Assembly: GCA_013416795.1 (NCBI GenBank)
Contig: RQSC01000034.1
Location: 58,870 to 115,413 of the forward strand
Reading direction: 5' to 3'
Length of the DNA stretch: 56,544 bases
Source of the DNA: Prasinococcaceae sp. CCMP 1430
Taxonomy: Eukaryota; Plantae; Prasinodermophyta
Below are positions 23,913-33,700 of the stretch, one piece after another. Position 1 is the stretch's first letter. Each line of letters opens with the position of its first letter. Below the pieces are notes generated by a model. That model was not told the DNA's origin, searched no databases, and saw nothing but the letters and a program-made list of their open reading frames with translations. A program made the position numbers and the translations under genes.

Positions 23913-24838
23913 ATGGTGAGAGGCGCGCGACGCGCGCGCGCACGCGCACACAGCCACGCGCGCGACGCGCCTTGGGAGGTCTTCCCGCGCACGCAGAGGT
24001 GGGGGCTTCGGGAGCGCGCTCGCGCGGGCTGCTGACGCGGCGCCCGCCACGACGGGCGCGCGCGCCGCGCGCACGCAGCCCACCGCCGTGTTTGGCTACG
24101 GCAGCGTCGTGTGGAAGTTCCCGTACCCCCACAGCAAGCAATGGGCGCCCGTGTGCGTGCGCGGGTACGAGCGCGTGTTCTACCAGGGCAGCACCGACCA
24201 TCGGGGCACACCCGAGGCGCCGGGTCGCACTGTCACGCTCGTGCCGCAGGAGGGGGGCGTGGTGTGGGGCGCGTGCTTCCTCATCGACGGACCCGAGGAG
24301 GCAGCGGTGCTCGCAGAAATGGAGGTCAGCCGCGCGCCGCGCCTCTGGCGCCACGCGCAGCGGCGGGCGCGTGCGCGACCACGCTCTCAGGAGCGCGCGC
24401 GCACACGTGCGGACGCGGGCATGCCATCGTGTGCGCACGCGCGGGCGCTCGAACGCGCGCTCACTCGCTCGATCGCACTCGCACACTGTGCATGCACCCG
24501 CGCGTCTGTGCTCGCAGGTTCGTGAGAAGCAATATGACGTGCGCGAGCGCCTGGCTGTGTACGACGCCAGCGGCCAGTGCGTCGTCGAGAGCGCGCTCTG
24601 CTACATCGGCACGCCCGAGTGTGACAACTGGCTGGGCCCGCCAGAGGGCGGCGTGGACGAGCTCGCGCAGCAGATCGCTGTCGCAGTGGGCCCCAGTGGC
24701 CCCAACGACGAGTACCTGTTCAACCTGGCGCACGCCATGCGCGAGTACGGCGTCCAAGATGACTCGCTGTTCGAGCTCGAACGCAAGGTGAAGGAGGTGC
24801 AGGCGGCGCTCAGGGACACCGCCGGGGCGGCGTCGTGA
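23913..24838 (+). CDS. Glutathione-specific gamma-glutamylcyclotransferase (ChaC family); exons 23913-23915, 24079-24324, 24518-24838
   Basis: VFGYGS, FYQGSTDHRGTPEAPGRTVTL, E/VREKQY, GPSGPNDEYLFNL; two in-frame GT-AG introns. Confidence 0.93.
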
Positions 24839-25463
24839 GCGCCGCAGCACGTGCGCGACCCTCTTTGGCGCGGCTATGCCCCCGTGCAGGCTCGCGCGCG
24901 TGCAGGCGGACGCGGCGGGCCCCCCCGCGCGCTGCGCCATTCCCCGTGTACGATAGTACTACCGTAATGACTAGAGCTAGCTAGAGCTACTGAGGAGAGA
25001 GGGCGCCAGAATGACTCTCTAGCTACTGTAGCTAGGGGCGGGCGTCAGTCGCGTACGCGCGCGTGCGTGGGTGGGCGGGTGGGGGGTGCAAAGGCGGTCG
25101 CGCGGAGCTGGCTGGCTTGCTAAGGGAGAGAGTGCCAAGGCCAAGGCTGGCTGCCCAGAGACTCGAGGCGGCGCCGGGGAAGGGGGGGCAGTTGACATGG
25201 CGGATTTGATTAACGCTTCAATTTACACACGGGAGACTATGGCTCACAACGCCGCGCCGCGGGGCGCGGGCGCGGAGCAATCAGGCAGGAAAAGGAAATT
25301 TCAAACGGGTTTAAAAACGCGCGCGCACGCGCTCGCGCGCTCGCACCCGCAGGTTCCCCAGCGCCGCGGCGGCCGCCGCGCCACTGCCGCTGCTGCGCGC
25401 GCGCATGTGTGGGAGAGGGAGGCACCGGCGAGGGTCAGTGGATAGGAAAAGAGAGAGGCGGCC

Positions 25464-26888
25464 ATGCCCATCCGCGGGGCGCCGCGGCGCGTGAGCGCCA
25501 TGGACGGCGTTGGCGTGGGCGCGCAGATGGGCTCCAAGGGCAAGACGGGCGCCGGAGGGGTGTACTACGCCGACGTGGTGACGGGCGCCGCAGCGAAGCG
25601 CAGCAAGCGCCCCGCGTCAACCCGCCCTCTCGCGCGCCCAGCGTGGGACAGCGCAAGCAGTGACCTCGCGTCGATGCGCCGCACGCCCGAGGAGAGTCGC
25701 AGGGTGGCCGCATCGCGCGCCAAGGCGACCCGTGCGTGCACGGCAGGGAGGAGGTCCGCGGCCGCCATCGCGATCGCACAGGGAAGGGCCAAGGGCGCCG
25801 CAGAGGATGCCGCGGCGGGCGCCGCGGCGCTCTCCGGCGACACTGATTGGGCAGAACTCGCGGTGGGTGCAGGCGCGCGCCGGCCGGGCGGCGCGGGCGC
25901 TGCTGGGAGCGAGGGCGAGGGTGGCGCACAGGAGGTCCCAGGCGCACGCGCCGCACGCGCCGCCGAAGGCGTGGGGCCAGGAGCGGCGACGCGACAAGGC
26001 AGTTGGTTCGACTTTGAGTCTGCGGACGTGCCGCTGGTGGATCCAACGCAAGGCATCAAGCAGGAGGAGGAGACTGAGGAGCCGCTCCAATATGAGGGCC
26101 CGGGCTCGCCCTGGTTCGGCGGGGGTGGGACACCCGACACAGCGCAGGCTGCAGCGGAGGATGCCATGGGGGTTGCCGCCCTCGCTCGTGACGTCGCCAG
26201 GCGCGTGCACGCCCGTGATGCGCTGGTTGTCGCTCACCAGTTGCGCGAAGAGGTCGGCGCGATGCGCGCCCAGCTCGCCGCGGTGCGCGACGAAAACGAG
26301 CAGCTGCGGCGGGCATTCGGCGAGTACCGCGACCATTCATCGGCAATGGTGGCGGCGTTGCAGAAGCACCTCACAGCGATGGTCGCCGCGCAGCATAGCC
26401 ACGGCGCTGAGCGGCCGCCGCTCCCGAGCGCGCTCACGCCCGCGGCTGAGCGTCTGCGCGATGAGGTCGATAGGCGTTTCGCGCTGCTCGCTGAGTCCTC
26501 TTCCGACGACGGCGATGGCATCGCAAGCGACAGCGACGGCGACTTTGAACTAGAAGAAGGCGCGGCAGAGCAGGAACCTGCTGCCACCATGCACGCGCGT
26601 ATCGGCGTGGAAGACCTTGCGGAGGCCTCTGTGCTCGGCGTTGAAGCGGACGGGCTGATGGCCGAGGAATCGTCGCTGCCACACTTCTCGTCCGCCATTA
26701 GCAGCTGGAGTGTGCGGGAGCCCGCGGACGCGCGCCCGCGCGCCCCGCCGCCGTTCCTGCTGGGCAAGTCTGGGCGGCCGACTCCCGTGGGCATACCCCT
26801 GGCGAACTCTGCTGAGAATGGAGCGAGGGCGGGCACTGTGTCGCTCCTTCGTGAGCTCGATATGGCCAGCCTCGAGCGAAGCAGGTAG
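25464..26888 (+). CDS. Hypothetical protein with a coiled coil
   Basis: 474-aa ORF; LREEVGAMRAQLAAVRDENEQLRR coiled coil; acidic low-complexity tail. Confidence 0.65.
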   Translation: MPIRGAPRRVSAMDGVGVGAQMGSKGKTGAGGVYYADVVTGAAAKRSKRPASTRPLARPAWDSASSDLASMRRTPEESRRVAASRAKATRACTAGRRSAAAIAIAQGRAKGAAEDAAAGAAALSGDTDWAELAVGAGARRPGGAGAAGSEGEGGAQEVPGARAARAAEGVGPGAATRQGSWFDFESADVPLVDPTQGIKQEEETEEPLQYEGPGSPWFGGGGTPDTAQAAAEDAMGVAALARDVARRVHARDALVVAHQLREEVGAMRAQLAAVRDENEQLRRAFGEYRDHSSAMVAALQKHLTAMVAAQHSHGAERPPLPSALTPAAERLRDEVDRRFALLAESSSDDGDGIASDSDGDFELEEGAAEQEPAATMHARIGVEDLAEASVLGVEADGLMAEESSLPHFSSAISSWSVREPADARPRAPPPFLLGKSGRPTPVGIPLANSAENGARAGTVSLLRELDMASLERSR

Positions 26889-27103
26889 AGGGAGCAGCGC
26901 TCTCCAATCTCCAAGACACTCAAACGCAACACCGACACTTGCACACGCGCGCGCGCAAACAATCTCACACACATAAATCCGGCTTTGCGAGCAGTGGCAT
27001 TGCGCGTCGTGTAGGCGCAGAGGAGCCGACTCGCCTGACATCCATAGTTACGCACGTGGCGCCGCTCCCTGGCGGTCCTTCGCGCACGCGCCAACGCTCG
27101 TCG

Positions 27104-29433
27104 CTATGGTGCCGGGGGCGGTGGGACGGGCGTCCCAGCGGCGGTGGCCGCGCCAGCGCCCGCGCCGGCTGCCGTCTTGGTTTTAGCTTTCGCCCCCGAT
27201 GCCTTTGAAGCTCGCGGCTTCTTTGGCGCGGCAGCCTTCGTCGCGCCAGCCGCTTTGGGCGTCTTCACGCCGCTTTTGGCCCTCGAACCTCCGCTCTTTG
27301 CACCGGCGGCGGCGCCCGCCTTGGCGCCACCCTTGGCGCCGCCTGCCCCCGCCGCAGCTTTGGTCTTCTTTTGAGCTGGCTCCTTCGTTGAGGCCTTCGA
27401 TGGCGCCTTGCGTTTCTTTGCCGCAGCACCTTTGGAAGCAGCACGTACCTCCGGCTGCTTCGGCGCGTCGTCCATGAGGCCGGAGAATAGGCCGAAGTCC
27501 CCCAAATGGTCGCCAACTTCGTTGATGGTTGAGTCGATGCCGCCGCTGAAGAAGTCGTCACCACCGCCGCCACCGCCGCCGCCGAAGAGGTCGAGCATGG
27601 CTGCATCGGGCATCTCAAGATTGTACAGCGGGGCGCCGCCGTCGAAGCCACCGGCGGCGGCTGCTGGGGCAGGCGCGTCAGGAATGGCGCCCGGGATCTC
27701 GAATTGGCTCACGGGATCGTGTCGTCGTGCGGCCGCGCCCGCGGCTGCGGTCGAAGGCGGCACGCCCGCGGCGGCCGCCTTCGCCTTCGCCTCAGACCGC
27801 TTCGCAGCGAGCCGCTGCTCCAGCTTCTTCTTCTTGTCGCGCAATGAGGCCGCGCTGGTGCCCGGGGCTACAGCAAGGTATGCCTTGAGCTTGGCGATCG
27901 TGACCGCGCGGCTGCCCGACGTGTTGGTCACCGCCCCTGCAAGCCCCGCCGCATCCAGCGCCACCTTCCCCCACGCCAGCTTACTGCTGTGCTTGTGGAC
28001 GCCGCGCTGCTGGGCCAGCAAGGACGCGCACGAGGCCACGCGGCCAACCACCGAGGTAAGCGTATCCACAAGCATGTCTGTCGCGCTGCCATGCGCACCG
28101 GATGCCCCGTAGTACAAAGCCAGCCGCGCTGCGGCGAGACGGGGAACGTGTCGGGCCTGCAGAGCGCGCGGGCCATCCGCAAGCGGCCCCTGCAGCGCCC
28201 GCGCGCCCGCCTGTCGTTGCGCCGCGTCTGCACTCGACAGCTTGCCAACGGAGCCCTTGCCGGCCCGCTTGCGGCTCTCGGCGGCGAGCGTCTCGATCTG
28301 CGCCTCCAGGTCGTGCACCTCAGACGCCTTGGCGATACTCTCCGCTATGATGTTGTCGTGCTTCTGTCTGCTGCCTCCGATCCCCGCGGCGGCCGCCGCG
28401 GCCGCCGCCGCTGCAGCCTTTGTGCTCCCCCTGCGCGGCAGCGACGCCTGCGCGCTCATGCTGCCCATGAGGCACTGCGCCATGGGCGCTGGCGCCCTCT
28501 GCAGTGACTGCGAGGCGTCCGGCCGCGTCGCCGGCGGCGGCGGCACGGGCCACGCGCCGTCCGGGATCCAGTTGGCCACGTCGCGCATTGCGACGTGCTC
28601 GAGCGAGATCGGCGCAGCGTTGCGCGCGCTCACGCCCTTCCCCAGCGCGCCCATCGCCACAGTCGCGGCGCGCATCGCCGCGCCCATTGATTGCGGCGTG
28701 CGCTGCGGCGCGGTGCGCTCCTCGAGCGGCCTCTCTCGCTCGGCGGCCCGATCCAGCAGGAAGACCCTCCGCGACTCGGCCGTGCGCTCAGCCCACAGCT
28801 CTGCCAGCCTATCTCCCCCCGCCGCGTCTGAGTGCACCCTCTCCTGCGCCCTCGCCCTCGCCTGGGTGGCCGCCTCTCCCGCCCGCGCCGCCGCATGCGC
28901 CTGCAGCACGGCCCCCTGCATCTCCGGCGCCTTCTCGAGCGCGTGGATCAGCTTGGAGCCCTTAGTGACCACGGTGAGTGCGTACTTCACCACCAGGCTC
29001 TTGGGCTCGTTGTACGTCTGGCAGTTGCGCAGCAGCAGCAGCAGGTCAGCGTGAAAGTCGCGCTGCGTGTGATAGCACCCCTCCTGCAGCTTGCGGAACA
29101 TGGTGCCGAGGTCCATGGGTGCCCTGATGACCTCGTAGTACGTCGGGGCGTCTTCGACCCGCACCGGCTGCTGGAACGCGGCCGCGACGGGCCCCATCGT
29201 GGTGAGCGCAGCGAGGATGCGCTCGAGCGCGTCCTTGAGGACGGGGCCGCGCAGCACGCCCTCGCCAACGAGCTCGAGCGGGCTGTCCTTGCGCTTGGCG
29301 GCCGCGCTGCCATCGCCGCCTTCCGCGGCGGGCTTCGCGTCCGCCATCGGGGCGTCGCTTCCACCCTCGGCCGTCGCACCCTGCGGCTGCGCGCCGGGCG
29401 GCGCGGGCGCGCCGCCCGCAGCGGCAACACCCG
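27104..29433 (-). CDS. Bromodomain + histone-fold protein, SAGA subunit Spt7-like (5' end at an n join)
   Basis: Bromodomain FQQPVRVEDAPTYYEVIRAPMDLGTM...NCQTYN; W..RT..R...RT...M linker; histone-fold-like RLALYYGASGAHGSATDMLVDTL; Lys/Ala-rich tail. Confidence 0.75.
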
Positions 29434-29589
29434 NTGCCCGCCGAAGCAGCGACCGCACTCGAGTGGGTCTCTCTGCAGACGCACGTCGTCGTGCCGCGCG
29501 CCGAGAGGCGCGCAATTGGCAGTTTTGCTGTAACGCGGGTCACATCCCGTACGGGTTTTAGCATACGCAGACGCATGGCCGCCGAGCCA

Positions 29590-29838
29590 TCACCCGCCGC
29601 CTGGATGGGCGGCTGGTGGCGGCACGAGCCCACTCTTGGCCGCTGCCGCACGTGCAGCCTGGCGTGCGGTGCGCGCGACGAAGCCGTTGAAGTTTAGGCG
29701 CAGCAGCAGCTGGCGCAGCGAGGGCGCTCGCGAAGATCCTGAGAGCTTAGATCCATGCAGGATCATGAAGAGCTGAGAGCTCGAACGGTCGAACTGCTCC
29801 GTCAGCGTCTCTACCGCGCTTGTGTCGCACATGACGTT
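29590..29838 (-). CDS. GCP4: Gamma-tubulin complex component 4, terminal exon only
   Basis: QFDRSSSQLFMILHGSKLSGSSRAPSLRQLLLRLNFNGF matches the plant GCP4 C-terminus as I recall it; CAG acceptor at 29841-29839. Upstream exons are not seen. Confidence 0.8.
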   Translation of the reverse strand, partial: NVMCDTSAVETLTEQFDRSSSQLFMILHGSKLSGSSRAPSLRQLLLRLNFNGFVARTARQAARAAAAKSGLVPPPAAHPGGG

Positions 29839-30706
29839 CTGCGTCGCCGCCCGGTCCCTCCCCTGTCTGTCTGCTCCCCTCCCCTCCGCTCCCCTCTGCC
29901 TCTGCCTGGCCCATCTGCGGCTGCATGCCTGGCAGGCTCGCCGGCGACGCGACGCGTCCGGCCCGCGGTCCGAACCCACGAACGGATGGCCGGCCGGCCG
30001 CGGCTGGTCCGGCCGGCGGACGCCCCCGGCCGGCTGGCCTGGGCCGATGATTGGCGATTGGGTGGTGGGGCGCAGGCGCCCTCTGCTAATCTGTCTGTCC
30101 GTCGGCGCTCGCCGACCGCCCGACCGATGGGCGGGCACCGGCGGGCCCTCGGACGGATCCGATTGTTGGAGTTGGGGTTCAGAACTTCAACTCCAACCAA
30201 CCAATCAACTTCGGCGAGCCACCCACCCAGCCAGGCCCCTCGGTCGGTCGTCGTGGTGAATTCATCGCGCGCCGGCCGTCGCCGCGCCCTTCCCGCCGCT
30301 TTCGATCGGTCGGTGGATGGTGCGCTCGAGCGAGTGCTCGCGCGCGCGCCGCCCCGCCCGTTCCCTCGCGCGCGGCNCACTCAGCCGCGCGCGCGCCCCG
30401 CGCGCGCGGAATCGGAAGGGCACAGCAGAGGCGGCCGCCGGGTCGTCGCGGCAGAGGAGCGCCGCCGCCGCTGCCACGGCAGCGGCGCTGGGGGGGGAAG
30501 CGCCCAGAGGGCGGCACCGGCGCCAGCGGCCGCGCACCGCTCGCACGGTCGGGGGCGCGCCCCGGGGACGGCTACCGGAGGTCACAGTCGCCGCGCTCTG
30601 CAAGGGCTGGGGTCGCCGGGGGTCGCGAGGGGAGGAGGGGAGGGGGAGGGGGGCGGGGGGAGGGGGGTACGGGGAAGAGGGGACGGCCCTGGGGAAACCT
30701 TCTGGG

Positions 30707-33700
30707 ATGGTGGATGCCGCACGGCAGGATGAGGCCGCGGACGGAGGCGCCGCGGGCGTCGCGGCCGGCGGTGACTGTTCCGCAGCCGTCCCAAAGCCAA
30801 ACGTGCGCTCGAACTGGAAGGAGATAGCTCTGCGCGGCCTCAGGCGCAAGGTGGCGGAGAACAAGCCGCTGCGCTCGCCGGTCGGAACCAAGGCCATCAT
30901 GGACGGCGACGCGCTGGGGTGCCTGCCGGTGTCGCTCAGCTCGCGCCGGCGGCTCTTCCTGATTCTGAACTCGCAGCCGTACGAGGCCTTCAAGTGCGCG
31001 CTCATCGCCGCGCACCTCGTCGTGCTCGCGCTCGACGAGCCGTCCAAGGACGACGCCGGGATCGAAGCGGCCAACGTGGCCATCGTCGCCATCTACACCA
31101 CGGAGCTCATGGCGCGCATATTCTCGCAAGGCCTCGTCCGCGGCCGCAACACGTACCTGCGAAATTCGTACTTTGGCGTGCTCGAGTTCGTCGACGTCGT
31201 CGTGAGCTGGGCGCTCATCGTCGTGCGCGCGTCGGACGGGGACGAGCCATTCGTGCAGCTGAGCGCGCTGCGTGCGTACCGCATGCTGCTCGTGTTCAAG
31301 TCTTTCCGTACCTTCTCCGCGGTGTACACCGTGCTCGAGGCGCTCGCATCGTCGGCCACGCTGGTCGTCGACCTCTTCATGCTCTGCGGGGTGTTCTTCA
31401 CCTTTTTCGCGCTCATGGGACAGCTGCTATTCATGGGTTCGCTGCGCAGGCGTTGCGTCGCCATCGAGGCCACTGGGTGCACGGAGGTGGCAGACGGCAG
31501 CGGAGCGTACGAATGCGCGTCGGTGCTGCCGGTCGACACCCAGCTCGCAGCGCGCCTCGCTCTTGCCACGCCCGCCGGCGTGGATGCAACAGACATCGGC
31601 CCGCCCCTCTTGGGATTCCCGCAGTCGCTACAGTTTTGCGCGGACGCGGAGGATGACAAGGGCCGCGTGTGCGACACCGCCATTCGGCGTTGGGACGTCG
31701 GCAGCGGTCAGCCGCCGCTCTTCACCACGCAGACCTGCGCACGTGTTGACAACCTGAACGGCGGTTTCAGCACGTTCGACTCGTTCCCGGGCACCGTCCT
31801 GACCATGTTTCAGGCGATCACTCTGGAAGGGTGGCAGGACGTCATGTTCGCCACTGTGGACGCCGAGTACGACGCGAGCGCCTCGTACTTCGTCTTTCTC
31901 ATCATTCTGATCACCTTTTTCTTCGTGAGCGTCTTCGTGGCGGCCATCAGCGGCGTGTTCCTGCGGCTGCGGCGTGAGCATCAGCTGGTGCTCGAACGCA
32001 GGCGGCGCAAGGGCGACGCTGGCGCCTCGGAGCGCTCGCTCAAGCGCGTGCAGAGGCTACTCGGCATCGCCGGCGCTGGATCGATGAGCAGGAAGGGCAG
32101 CGACTTTGCGGATGGCGTGGGCGACGAGGAGGGGGACGCCCTGGCCAGCGTTTTCGCCAAGGCGATGGCTGCCAAGAGGAAGCGCGATGCGGTCTTCCAC
32201 AAGCCCGCCCTCATCAGACCGCAGATTTCGGCTGCGCTCGCCGCCTTCGTGCCAGGTGCGAAGGTGTCCCCCGCCTGGGCTGCGGTGGCGGAGTCGCCAC
32301 GCGGTGCTACCCCGGCGGCGTGTTTTGACGCGCAGGACTCGGAAGCGGCGCATTCCGCTCGCGCGCATCGCACGGCCTCTCTGGTGAAGACGTCCAAGGG
32401 GACCGACGAAAAGGTCCAGACGCTCTGGGATCGGCTGGTGGTGCGCGCGTTCATCTTGATCAACCACACGCGCTACTTCGATCATTTCAGCGCGCTGTGC
32501 ATAGTGCTAAACGTGATAGCGATGGGCATGCACGAGGCGGGCACCTCGGACGATGCCGCAGCGACGCTGACTTTCGTCCAGCGGGTCTTCCTGGTGATTT
32601 TTGCGTTCGAGCAGGCCTTGCGCATGGTGGGGGCGGGCGGGCTCTTCGAGTACTTCACCGATCAATTCCCGTTGGCGCTCGTGGACGCCGCCTGGCTCGT
32701 GCTCGGTGCCGTCGGGTTGGCCACCGGGGCCTTTCCAAACTTCACCGTGTTCCGCGCACTGCTGATCTTCCGATTCTACCCCTCCAAGGTGCTTGGCAAA
32801 GTGAGCCGGAATTTCACTACCCTGCTGAGCACGGTCCTCTTTTACTTGTTCACGTGCTTCGTGTGCGCTCTCCTCGCGATGGAGCTCTACGGCCGCGAAT
32901 ACCCGGACGTCTCGGTGAGCGACCCGAGCGGGCCGTACCGCAGGAACTTCGACACGATCGGCGAGTCCTGTCTGACGATGCTCCAGGTGTCCACCGGCGA
33001 GGACTGGAACAAAGTGCTCTACGAGACGATGGGCGCTTCGGAAAACTCGTGGTTCGCGCCCTTCTTTCTGGCCGTATTCTTCTGTTTCTCCAACTACGTC
33101 CTTCTCAACCTCATCATCGCGGTCATCCTCGAGAACATGGAGCTGCAGGACGCAGAGAAGGTCAGGCTGCAGCAGGAATCGCACGACATGGCCGAGCGTG
33201 CACGGAGGGACCCGCAACGGCTCGTTGGCTTCGTGGGGTTTGTCGAGAAGCTGCGTGGTAACGCGAGGAGCAAGATTGTGCCCACGACGATCGAGCTCCC
33301 AGCCCCCGGCCAAGGCGCCAAGGGCGTCGTGTCCGACGCGACCAGCGCGGGTGGCGCTGGCGCCCGGCGGGACTGCGAGCCGCGCCGGCAGAAGGTGAGC
33401 GCCAGTCGCATGCACGAAATTTCTCGCGGGCGGGCCCCGAGCGTGCACCGCATGTCGGTGACGTCGTCGTCGTACGGCGTGCGCACCGTCAGCAACGTGC
33501 GCACCGATTCGCAAGTCTTTGGCGACTTGTCGTCAAAGCTTGCGGAGAGCAGTCACGTGGAAATCAGCGTCCCCGCCTGGGCGGAGGACACGTCGCTATG
33601 GATCTTCGACCGGGACTCGACCACGCGCTCCCTCTGCCGGCGCGTGCTAGCGCACCGCTGGTATCAATTTTTCATTTCGTGCACTATCGCGCTGTCCATC

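Noticed and set aside
4300-24838. Redox gene cluster (Trx fusion, FrnE, G6PD, ChaC)
   Set aside because: The genes are interspersed with unrelated ones and share no evident regulatory signal; chance adjacency is sufficient.
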